Below are positions 29,384 through 38,005 of a stretch of DNA of 64,000 nt, piece after piece. Each line of letters starts with the position of its first letter. Within the stretch, counting starts at the first letter, position 1. Source of the stretch: Escherichia phage W22; sequence record PV159336; one strand, given 5' to 3'. The position numbers and the translations under genes were made by a program. A model generated the notes under the pieces. The model made no database searches. It had not been told where the DNA came from and was given only the letters and a program-made list of their open reading frames with translations.

Positions 29384-29590
29384 TTATTTGTTAGATTGAA
29401 AGATACCACGAAGTACCGCAAGAATGAACGTCACACAGACTACACTCCAAAACGTTACAGGAACATGATGCCAGTCTAAACCGATAATGTCAATCATATA
29501 GTTGTATGCTAAAAGCAGTAGCCAACTAGGGATTAACACAATCAAGAATACAACAATAAAACAACCTAATACTGCTAAAACACCTGCCAT
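29384..29590 (-). CDS. small membrane protein
   Basis: 68 aa, two hydrophobic segments. Confidence 0.4.
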   Translation of the reverse strand: MAGVLAVLGCFIVVFLIVLIPSWLLLLAYNYMIDIIGLDWHHVPVTFWSVVCVTFILAVLRGIFQSNK

Positions 29591-29599
29591 ACTTTCTCC

Positions 29600-30316
29600 T
29601 TATTTCAGTTTGTAAACAATTACATTTAAACCTTTGTTTACTAGAGTTTCTTCGATCATAAGTTTTACAATATTCCAAGAACCTCCAGCCAAACCACAAC
29701 CAAGCATTGGTAAACCTACAATTTTACCGCCTGAAGATACAACATCGTCTCCCATACTATCTAACGCATTGTAGATAGCTTCATAATTCAGGTCACGCTT
29801 ACCTTCCTCACGACGACTATAACCATATTGTCCATATAAATTATAAATTGTCAAATTGTTTTCTGTATACTTAGTAAACGTACCTAATTTTTTATAATCA
29901 CCACGTTTAGTGGCACAATCTGCTTTAAACGCACCAGGCCACTTGCTTTTAATTTTTGGTGCAATACCACTACCCATAGTGCAAAAACAGTTACAGCAGT
30001 GTGCTATAGCGTCTATATCGCCTCTCTCGGCTGCTGCTAAAAGATCACCGTATACCTCAATGATACCTGCTGGATAACTTGTTACAATTTCATCTTCCCA
30101 GTACATTTGCTCTACACCACCGATCAGTGCAAAGTTTTGTGTAATGCGATCATCAATATAATTAAGACCTGAAACATACACAGCATATTCATCCTGTGCT
30201 GTAATGCCTTGTACACGAATTCTTAAGACACCATCTTTATCTGTTGCTACACGCCCAAAATCTTTTTCTGTAATATTGGTGATAGGATCTCCGAAAGTCG
30301 TCACTTTATTAGACAT
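29600..30316 (-). CDS. Macro-domain protein (ADP-ribose binding/processing)
   Basis: Start refined to ATG 30316 (overlaps PRTase stop as ATGTCTAA); DAIAHCCN...MGSGIA and KIVGLPMLGCGLAGGSW fit macro-domain glycine-rich blocks. Confidence 0.45.
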   Translation of the reverse strand: MSNKVTTFGDPITNITEKDFGRVATDKDGVLRIRVQGITAQDEYAVYVSGLNYIDDRITQNFALIGGVEQMYWEDEIVTSYPAGIIEVYGDLLAAAERGDIDAIAHCCNCFCTMGSGIAPKIKSKWPGAFKADCATKRGDYKKLGTFTKYTENNLTIYNLYGQYGYSRREEGKRDLNYEAIYNALDSMGDDVVSSGGKIVGLPMLGCGLAGGSWNIVKLMIEETLVNKGLNVIVYKLK

Positions 30317-31166
30317 AATAATCCCCTTTAACATTAGATTTGTTGATAATGTTGCTTTCAAAAAATTGACGCAGGAAATCAAAGTTCTCTTTGTATTTTT
30401 CAATATTATTGTAACCTTCTGCAAGGCAACCAAAGAACAGTTGTTCTACATAATACAAAGGAAGTTGTGAAAGTGCAATTTTAAAATCAACTTCGCTTTG
30501 ACTCATTAGATACTTAATAGGACGAACCAAACATTTAGCATCAGTTTCTTGCTTAATCATTTTAATAAAAGCTGCCAGGTTATTGATATAGTTGAAGTTA
30601 AGTGCAGCTTCGGTGTTGGCTTCTGTACCTTCATACTTTGCAAAGTACAGGAAAAACGTATCGTTTTCAACACCTTCTTTGTCTAAAATTTCAATAAGTT
30701 TTTCTTCGTGTGTTCCTGTAATATTAACATCATCAATGAAAATCAGAGTTTTATTACCCCAGAAATCACGATTGATAGAGAAAGTGTCACCATCGATCAA
30801 AGCCTTACGATCTTCTTTGCTAAGAAATCCATAATCATTGATATAACTCACTTTACGATGAACGATATCCCACTCTACTGCTTTACCTCCTTTGATAGAG
30901 ATTAGGTAGTTGAGGTGATCTACAAAATGTTCAGATAACACTGTAGCTGCATTTTTCACATAGTTATATGGAGATGGAATAACAACAAAACTTTCATTTA
31001 CTAGTCGTTCTTCATATTTAGAAAAGAAACTTTCAGCCAGAATGCGTCCCATTCTTTTTGCTGCCTGGTTACTACCAAACTTTAGTTTGGAATAATCTGC
31101 AATGTTAAATTTTGCTTCCTTCAGGTTAGTAAAAGTATTAGCAAAATGTTGAATTTGATTACGCAT
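30309..31166 (-). CDS. phosphoribosyltransferase (type I PRTase-like)
   Basis: AGAGGA RBS; PRPP-binding-like KTLIFIDDVNITGTHEEK. Confidence 0.5.
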   Translation of the reverse strand: MRNQIQHFANTFTNLKEAKFNIADYSKLKFGSNQAAKRMGRILAESFFSKYEERLVNESFVVIPSPYNYVKNAATVLSEHFVDHLNYLISIKGGKAVEWDIVHRKVSYINDYGFLSKEDRKALIDGDTFSINRDFWGNKTLIFIDDVNITGTHEEKLIEILDKEGVENDTFFLYFAKYEGTEANTEAALNFNYINNLAAFIKMIKQETDAKCLVRPIKYLMSQSEVDFKIALSQLPLYYVEQLFFGCLAEGYNNIEKYKENFDFLRQFFESNIINKSNVKGDYYV

Positions 31167-31815
31167 TAATAAGTTCCTCTTTTTTAAGTTTAGCCAACAA
31201 GTCTTCTGGATTAATAATATGACAGAACTTCATCCCTATGTCAACAGCTTTTCCATCATAAATCAAACTATCTCCAACGTGTAAAATCTCCTCTGGTGCG
31301 AGATCAAACGTTACCATTTCATCAAAAGAGAGTTTAAAAAACCTAGGATCTGGTTTACACAAGCAAAACTCATCAGAAAAATGCATAAAGTCAAATGGTA
31401 ATTTTGTTAAGCCAGAATATACAGCTAAGAAACTACCTGGTACAAAATTAGTATTGCTCTTAATACTCAAAGAATAGATTGAACTTAGCTCTTCCAACTT
31501 CTTGCAAAGCTCAGGGTTCAATATTGGAGGATGTTTTATAAACATTGCTAAACAGTCTCTTTTTAACCCATCTACTTTATCAAGATCAATGTTCAAACGA
31601 GTAGAAAGTGTTTCCCAAGCATTCCTAGACGTTCCACAAATGCCTTTTTCTGCTTTTAAATCCAGGAGAGTTTTTACCTCTTTATATACAGTAGCTGCTT
31701 CTGCCTCAGAACAAGAGGCATACTCGGCAATAACCTTGTTGCGTTCTTCTGCATACAAAGGATTAGCAGTAATAAGAGTATTCCATACATCAAAAGAAAT
31801 ATGCTTAACAGTCAT
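31159..31815 (-). CDS. HAD-superfamily hydrolase
   Basis: Start refined to ATG 31815 (GGAGGA RBS); motif I ISFDVWNTL (second Asp replaced), motif III CKPDP, motif IV VGDSLIYDG. Confidence 0.55.
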   Translation of the reverse strand: MTVKHISFDVWNTLITANPLYAEERNKVIAEYASCSEAEAATVYKEVKTLLDLKAEKGICGTSRNAWETLSTRLNIDLDKVDGLKRDCLAMFIKHPPILNPELCKKLEELSSIYSLSIKSNTNFVPGSFLAVYSGLTKLPFDFMHFSDEFCLCKPDPRFFKLSFDEMVTFDLAPEEILHVGDSLIYDGKAVDIGMKFCHIINPEDLLAKLKKEELINA

Positions 31816-31984
31816 TTTTAATCCTCCGTCCAAAAGAATATCATCTGCTTAATTTTATTGATCTCTTGATGTAGTAACTTTCCAGCATGTGATTGATCTT
31901 TAATATTGATAGCAAGAATTTCAAGCTCCGTTAGTTTTTCTTGGATAGCTTTATATTCATCATCTGTAAGCATTTTCTTCCCCT

Positions 31985-32188
31985 TTAGAATGGTAATCTT
32001 TGTATGTCACTTATCCCCACACCCAGAAGTCTAGCAATATCCTTATCTAAAAGCAACTCTTTTTGTTCTAAAATGTTAATCAAATCTCCTAATACTTCTT
32101 TAATGTCACGATCATTTTTAGCAACGTGACCACCTGCGGTATCAACTTTATCTTTAAAAACAAAATAATGATCCATAATACCCTCCAT
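31985..32188 (-). CDS. hypothetical protein
   Basis: 67 aa ORF. Confidence 0.35.
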   Translation of the reverse strand: MEGIMDHYFVFKDKVDTAGGHVAKNDRDIKEVLGDLINILEQKELLLDKDIARLLGVGISDIQRLPF

Positions 32189-32195
32189 ATAAATA

Positions 32196-32215
32196 AAGGA
32201 GGCTTTCGCCTCCTT
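32196..32215 (-). terminator. hairpin terminator after ATPase gene
   Basis: AAGGAGGC-TTTC-GCCTCCTT hairpin with flanking A/T runs. Confidence 0.5.
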
Positions 32216-32222
32216 TTATCAC

Positions 32223-33383
32223 TTAGTAAGAACGACCACCAAACACATACTCTGTGTAGTTTTTACGTTCTTTGTTTTTAATAACAACTTCAATGTTGTT
32301 ACCTTTATCATCGGTGAACATAAAGTGATAACCGTCACCACCCATTGTACGAATGTGTTTTTCATCATACGTTAGCAAGATACGGTCTACACCCCAGTAG
32401 TAGTCACCTTCTTCATCTTTATCTTCTACGGTAACAATCCCTTCCATTTCAGGAAGATGCTCTTCTCCTGACTTATGATCTACAGCTACAACATAACGAT
32501 TACCGCTAAACAAACCTTGTGCTGTCATACCGTCAATATCGGTATCTGACGAAACATCTGCTGTACGATCTACACCGTTAACTTTCAGAAGTTTAACTTC
32601 TTTTGCAGCATAGCGGTGTTCAGTAATACTGATACCCATTAATGCAAGTGCATCAGAGAATTTGTCATTAGGATAACGGTTAAGTTCTTCTACTAATGAC
32701 TGAACAATATCAAAGTTCAAATCCACGGAGAGATTATAAAGCGTTTCAAAATCTGGTAAGAAGGCTTTGTTCTCCAGATTTTTAGCCAGATAATCATCCA
32801 TAGTAGCTTTAGGTAGTTTCTTATAACTAAAACTGTAGAAAATACGGCTAGGACGATTACGCAAAAATTCTGATACATAACCATCATTTTTAGTCAATAC
32901 AAACAGCTTGTCATAACCACCAACACCATCCAGCAGGGTAAGCAAACCGTCTTGTGCATCTTTTTCAGCATACAGTTTATCAAATTCATCGATCATAATC
33001 ATCACAGGTTGTGTGATTTTAGACATAAAATTGATAAAGCCTTCACCATTAAAAGCACTACCGATAGAAATAGTAGGAATACCCATTTCACGAAGAGCAG
33101 AAGACAGCATTTTAGCTTGCAAAGTTTTACCGCTACCTTTCGTACCCTCAAGGAGAACACCTGTGTTTTTACCTTTGCGGCTAAGGAACGTCTTGATAAT
33201 ACGTTCTGATTTATCATCAGTATCACCGTATGTTACTGAAGGGACTTCCATATCGTTTTTAGGATACAGGAAGAACTCGCCACTTTGAGTAACACCTACA
33301 CCAAAAGTTCCTGCTGGAATTTCTTCAATATCTGTACCAGACTTCTGACGCAGGAAGATTTGATTGCCGAATACTGTAAACAT
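32223..33383 (-). CDS. P-loop NTPase (AAA-type ATPase), paralogue 1
   Basis: AGAGGAG RBS; Walker A GTKGSGKT, Walker B IMIDEFDK; paralogous to 49186-50313. Confidence 0.6.
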   Translation of the reverse strand: MFTVFGNQIFLRQKSGTDIEEIPAGTFGVGVTQSGEFFLYPKNDMEVPSVTYGDTDDKSERIIKTFLSRKGKNTGVLLEGTKGSGKTLQAKMLSSALREMGIPTISIGSAFNGEGFINFMSKITQPVMIMIDEFDKLYAEKDAQDGLLTLLDGVGGYDKLFVLTKNDGYVSEFLRNRPSRIFYSFSYKKLPKATMDDYLAKNLENKAFLPDFETLYNLSVDLNFDIVQSLVEELNRYPNDKFSDALALMGISITEHRYAAKEVKLLKVNGVDRTADVSSDTDIDGMTAQGLFSGNRYVVAVDHKSGEEHLPEMEGIVTVEDKDEEGDYYWGVDRILLTYDEKHIRTMGGDGYHFMFTDDKGNNIEVVIKNKERKNYTEYVFGGRSY

Positions 33384-33403
33384 AGTTTTCTCCTCTATTT
33401 AAT

Positions 33404-33874
33404 TTAGTCAGATTCCCAAATGTTGTCTTTCTTAACCCACATTCGTTGATTATCTGAACCTCTATAACGTTTCGTTGTTGGTTGATTCATATCATACTTA
33501 CCATCTATCACTATGTCAACCAGTTTTTTAATTTTCTCTGGAATTTCTTCAAAAAGATATCCTGTATATAAGACAATATCTTTTTTGTTTCCAAAACAAT
33601 CTCTTACCTTCTCAAGAACATACTCTACAGTGTCAATGTTCTCTTTGTCAAGAGGTTCACCACCTAAAACTGTTAATCCTTTAATGAAAGGTCGAGATAA
33701 ATCTTCCAAGATAAGATCTAATGTTTCAGCAGTGAACTCTTGTCCGTAATTATACGACCAGGCTTTCTGGTTAAAGCAGCCACGGCAACCGTGGCTACAA
33801 CCGCTCACCCACAAAGAGCATCTTACACCGTCACCGTTGAGCATGTCAACAGGTTCATATCCGGCGTAATTCAA
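33404..33874 (-). CDS. nrdG: anaerobic ribonucleotide reductase activating protein (radical SAM)
   Basis: CSHGCRGCFN Cys cluster; ATGA overlap with nrdD stop. Confidence 0.85.
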   Translation of the reverse strand: MNYAGYEPVDMLNGDGVRCSLWVSGCSHGCRGCFNQKAWSYNYGQEFTAETLDLILEDLSRPFIKGLTVLGGEPLDKENIDTVEYVLEKVRDCFGNKKDIVLYTGYLFEEIPEKIKKLVDIVIDGKYDMNQPTTKRYRGSDNQRMWVKKDNIWESD

Positions 33875-35670
33875 AAATGTTTCTCCCTTTCTAGTACCTC
33901 TTGCATTTTACCTTTGTTATAAGGGCGAGAGTTAGGGGCAGAAAGGTATCCTGACACTCTTCTGATCACAGATATGGATTCTTCTTCATGATTACCACAA
34001 CTTGGACACTCGAAGCCTTTAGCTGTTGCCTTAAATTCACCATGAAAACCACATTTGAAACACTGATCTACAGGTTGGTTCACGCCAAAATAAGGAATTT
34101 TATTGTAGGCATAATCTACAAGAGTTTCCAGTGCTTGCAAGTTATTTTTAAGGTTTGGTGTTTCTACATAACCTATGTTCCCACCATTACTAATTTGTGC
34201 AAAACCTTCCTCATAATCCCACTTTTGGAACGGGGTAGTGTGCATCCATACAGGTTGATGGAAAGAGTTTGTCAAGTAGTCACGATCAATAGAGCCAGGA
34301 TAGCGATCATTTAACGCTTTGGCAAATTTATAGCACAAGGATTCTGCTGGTGTTCCATACAAACTAAAAGCTAAACCAGAACGTTCTTTAAATGTGCAAC
34401 AGATATCCTTCATATATTGAAGGATGTTTTTACCCATTGCTTTTGGATTGGTGTTATTTGGGTATAAAATCTCCATAGCTTCTGCTAAACCTACATAACC
34501 GATACTAATAGAGGCATAACCACCTTCAAATAGTTTACCAATCTCTTCATTAGCTTCTAGTCGAGCTAAAGCACCTTCCATAAACAATGTAGGGTTTTGA
34601 GATGCTTTGGTATGTCTAATACGGTTAACACGTAGCATATGTGCCTTATACGCCATCTCCATATGTTGTTCCAACAGTTCAGTAAATAAGATGCCCTTTT
34701 CACGGGACTCTGCTGCAATGATAGGTAAGTTTAAAGAAACTACGCCTAAGTTGAAACGACCATCATATTTTTCACCTTGCTCTGTTGCATAGTATGACAA
34801 GAAACTACGGCAACCCATGCTTGTGACGCGACCATCTGAAGATCCTGTAACTTCTTTGTTTAAAGGTACAGAGATAAAATCAGGATAAATGCGTTCAGCA
34901 CAACACTCCATTGCCAGTTGCTTCAAATCATAGTTTGGATCGCCAGCTTTCATGTTAACACCATCTTCCAAGAAGAAGATAACTTTAGGAAACACAGGAG
35001 TTACCCTATCTTTTCCTAATCCTTGTTTGTGCACCATTAGGTAGTTTTTAGTGATCATTCTACCAAAAGCAGAGGTATCCAAACCTAAACTAATTGTTAT
35101 AAAAGGTGACTGACCATTTACACTCATTAGAGTGTTCACCTGGTAGATTAAAGTTTGCATTGCATCATAGACCTGTTTATCTACCATACGCATAGCAATA
35201 TCATAATCGCCAACATCGGCATATATTTTATTAAAACTTGCTTTAACGTATTGACTAAGCCCAGTATCAACATGTGCACAAGTTTGTCCACCATATTGGC
35301 TAGAGGCTACTGCTTGAATAATTTGAGTTAGGACAGTAGTCGCTACACCGATAGATTTTGGTTTTTCAATATGTGCATTACCAATACGGAAACCGTTCTC
35401 AAGCATATCTTGGTAATTTACCAGGCAACAATTAGTTAAAGGTGAGAGTAAATAATCTAAATCGTGAATGTGACCATACCCACTTTTATGCCATTCTGCT
35501 AAATCTTCAGGTAAAATATGGGTCATTGCCATGTGCTTGCTTAGGATACCTGCTAGTAAATCTCGGTGAGTATTAACAATCATTGCAGGTTTGTTTGCAT
35601 TTTCACGAGTAAATTCTTCGGATGTTTGTTCGAGGAATCCGATTACATCCTCATATAGTTTTTGGGTCAT
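33871..35670 (-). CDS. nrdD: anaerobic ribonucleoside-triphosphate reductase
   Basis: 599 aa; C-terminal zinc ribbon CFKCGF...CPSCG and glycyl-radical-type RRVSGYLS; CGGAGG RBS. Confidence 0.9.
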   Translation of the reverse strand: MTQKLYEDVIGFLEQTSEEFTRENANKPAMIVNTHRDLLAGILSKHMAMTHILPEDLAEWHKSGYGHIHDLDYLLSPLTNCCLVNYQDMLENGFRIGNAHIEKPKSIGVATTVLTQIIQAVASSQYGGQTCAHVDTGLSQYVKASFNKIYADVGDYDIAMRMVDKQVYDAMQTLIYQVNTLMSVNGQSPFITISLGLDTSAFGRMITKNYLMVHKQGLGKDRVTPVFPKVIFFLEDGVNMKAGDPNYDLKQLAMECCAERIYPDFISVPLNKEVTGSSDGRVTSMGCRSFLSYYATEQGEKYDGRFNLGVVSLNLPIIAAESREKGILFTELLEQHMEMAYKAHMLRVNRIRHTKASQNPTLFMEGALARLEANEEIGKLFEGGYASISIGYVGLAEAMEILYPNNTNPKAMGKNILQYMKDICCTFKERSGLAFSLYGTPAESLCYKFAKALNDRYPGSIDRDYLTNSFHQPVWMHTTPFQKWDYEEGFAQISNGGNIGYVETPNLKNNLQALETLVDYAYNKIPYFGVNQPVDQCFKCGFHGEFKATAKGFECPSCGNHEEESISVIRRVSGYLSAPNSRPYNKGKMQEVLEREKHF

Positions 35671-35681
35671 TAATCCTCCGT

Positions 35682-35712
35682 GGAAAATAAAAGCCAGCTT
35701 AATGCTGGCTTT
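35682..35712 (-). terminator. rho-independent terminator upstream of nrdD
   Basis: AAAGCCAGC-TTAAT-GCTGGCTTT hairpin with U-rich tract on - strand. Confidence 0.55.
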
Positions 35713-35759
35713 AGGGTGGATCTTTATTTTAAATCTTTTTCGTAAGATTGTCCTTGATC

Positions 35760-36710
35760 TTAGTCAAGGTTTTTGGTAATACGTGTACAACCGTCAGAAG
35801 TCAAACCGTCAACTTGAGTTTCCCAAGTGCCATGAATATTTCGGAACAATGTTGTTACACCTTTTGGTTCATTAATAATGATTGCCATAACAAGTTTAGG
35901 ATCGATAACAGACATAATCTTTTCCTCAATACCCTCTGTAATAACATTATTGCGCACAATATTAATTGCATCTTCTTGTACAGTAAGAGCACTTACGTTC
36001 TTAAGAGTATATACCTGCTGTGTAGTGTAAATGATACGAACATAACTTACAGAACGAGTAGGCACAGGTTTACGCGGTCGGCGAAAACGTGATTTTGGTG
36101 AAGATTCAGTCTTACTTTCATGTTTTGAATAATACTCCTCAAACAGTTTAGTAAATGTTTTTACATCAACTACAAACCGATCTTTCCGGTATGGAGAATT
36201 CTTATGTGCACCATTAATACCACTGTTTTCATCGAAGAAAGTAATGTTTTCTTCAGTTGAATACATTAGATAATGATCTGCATTTTTCCAATGTGGTTGT
36301 GGACAACGAGAATTACAAACGGAAAGCAGATAATTAATATTTTCTTCCGTGGCCTCAGTATCCAGGAAACACGTATTATGCACAGTCAGTTGTACTTTTT
36401 CAGCCATATCTTTTTCTTTATCCTCTTTAGCAAGATATTCAGTACGAATAATCTCCAGAAAACCTTCAGGTGTTACTTCCATAAATGTATATTCAGGATG
36501 AAGTTCCATATATTCAAATCCACAACCATCTAATTGCTGTAGAAAGTTAGGGTAGAAGAACAAATCATTAACACTGTGAATCAGATCATTGATTTCTGCT
36601 TCAGTTGTGTAACCAAAACTCTTGTGAATTGCTTCGTTAAGAACATGCAGGATACCCATCTCTTCTGCTGCTTTTTTAACTTCCAGTTTATTAGCGTAAA
36701 ATGCAATCAT
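35760..36710 (-). CDS. hypothetical protein
   Basis: 316 aa ORF. Confidence 0.45.
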   Translation of the reverse strand: MIAFYANKLEVKKAAEEMGILHVLNEAIHKSFGYTTEAEINDLIHSVNDLFFYPNFLQQLDGCGFEYMELHPEYTFMEVTPEGFLEIIRTEYLAKEDKEKDMAEKVQLTVHNTCFLDTEATEENINYLLSVCNSRCPQPHWKNADHYLMYSTEENITFFDENSGINGAHKNSPYRKDRFVVDVKTFTKLFEEYYSKHESKTESSPKSRFRRPRKPVPTRSVSYVRIIYTTQQVYTLKNVSALTVQEDAINIVRNNVITEGIEEKIMSVIDPKLVMAIIINEPKGVTTLFRNIHGTWETQVDGLTSDGCTRITKNLD

Positions 36711-36727
36711 TATGTTTTCCTTCTAAA

Positions 36728-37162
36728 TTAGTTTAAAATTTCTTTTGCAATGGTAGAAGCAAGTTTTCCATCGTATTGATTCGGATACTCTGCTTTAAGG
36801 TGTTTCATCATATCTGGCATTTTCTTGCCTGTCAAGGCAAATTCTTCAGCAATAGCTCGAAGATCATCTTCAGATAGCATTTCTGGCAAATATTTTTCCA
36901 GAGTGGTGATATCACGCATAGCTCGCTCACATTTGCTAATGGAGGCATTAACTTTCTTAAGCGAGTCTAGTTCCTCTTTAGCGTGTGCAATACCAATCTT
37001 AACAATGTTAATCATAATATCGTCTTCTGATTTGTTTAGATTTGCCTTTTGAGTACGAGCAAGGTCAAACTCACCAATAATATTAGTTAACAAAGCAAAA
37101 GCACCCTTATCGGTTGTACGTGCTAAGATACGATCTGCTTTCATTTGTGTCACAATAGACAT
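36728..37162 (-). CDS. GatB/YqeY-domain protein
   Basis: LEKYLPEMLSEDDLRAIAEEFA...GKKMPDMMKHLKAEYPNQYDGKLASTIAKEILN resembles YqeY pattern. Confidence 0.45.
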   Translation of the reverse strand: MSIVTQMKADRILARTTDKGAFALLTNIIGEFDLARTQKANLNKSEDDIMINIVKIGIAHAKEELDSLKKVNASISKCERAMRDITTLEKYLPEMLSEDDLRAIAEEFALTGKKMPDMMKHLKAEYPNQYDGKLASTIAKEILN

Positions 37163-37174
37163 TCTATTCTCCTC

Positions 37175-37747
37175 TTATTTGCTAATGCTTTGAATGTTAT
37201 TTACAACACGGTTTATTGCCAGTGAAGCCCTAGGCTCCGCAATACCTGTTGCATAGATATAAGGATGACCTTTTGGAGACTCCCTCATACCGAATGAACC
37301 TAATTCTAAACCATATTCATCCTCTACGTCAACCCCAATATTAGTGGGTACTAAATATGTTTTAACTCCATAATAAGTAGAGAAGAAACAGCGCATAGCG
37401 TTAGCATACTCTTCAATTGTAGCATCAGGGTAGAACTCAATCAACTCCAATTTCAAGAAAATATTAAAATGGGTATCATCTAAATTTTCTTCTGTACGGT
37501 AACATGGCGTTAGTGCCATATACGGATTACCTGCTGCAAATTCAAAACCATCCTTCTCCATTTGCAGGAAAGATTGTTCTGCACTAGCTACATAGTATTT
37601 ACCGTTAGGATGCCCTAATGGGCGATCCTCTTTATTTTCTGGTAGTGTGTACGCCAGTATATCAGCATCCACGAGATATGGAACTTCCAACATTTGTGCA
37701 AACCGACCATAGTAATCAATAGCTTGAGCTATTACTGCAACATTCAT
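37175..37747 (-). CDS. hypothetical protein
   Basis: 190 aa ORF; no confident motif. Confidence 0.45.
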   Translation of the reverse strand: MNVAVIAQAIDYYGRFAQMLEVPYLVDADILAYTLPENKEDRPLGHPNGKYYVASAEQSFLQMEKDGFEFAAGNPYMALTPCYRTEENLDDTHFNIFLKLELIEFYPDATIEEYANAMRCFFSTYYGVKTYLVPTNIGVDVEDEYGLELGSFGMRESPKGHPYIYATGIAEPRASLAINRVVNNIQSISK

Positions 37748-37995
37748 GATCGACCTCCATTGCGGAATGCACGTTTAGTAATGTTTGACATAGTGATCAA
37801 ATCTTGAAGCGTCATATCAGGAAAATGCTGTTCAAGAACACCTTCAACAGCGCCTACAATATCTGATAACTCAATAAGTTGCATCAGCTTGCAATCTTGA
37901 TCAATAGCATCTTGAAGTTCATAAAGCTCTTCTTGAATCTTAGCAACAGAACCATATTCCTCTTTGCTAATCTCCTTCAAATGATACCCTGCCAC
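37744..37995 (-). CDS. MazG-like nucleotide pyrophosphohydrolase (small)
   Basis: GTG start with AGGGGG RBS; KIQEELYELQDAI...LIELSDIVGAV resembles MazG EExxE/D core; weak. Confidence 0.35.
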   Translation of the reverse strand: MAGYHLKEISKEEYGSVAKIQEELYELQDAIDQDCKLMQLIELSDIVGAVEGVLEQHFPDMTLQDLITMSNITKRAFRNGGRS

Positions 37996-38005
37996 TTTAA
38001 CCCCC

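Noticed and set aside
33871-35670. NrdD glycyl-radical motif reads RRVSGYLS rather than the commoner RVCGYLG
   Set aside because: The Gly is present and flanking residues are conserved; a Cys-to-Ser difference adjacent to the radical Gly is within normal family variation as far as I can judge, so not reported as a finding.
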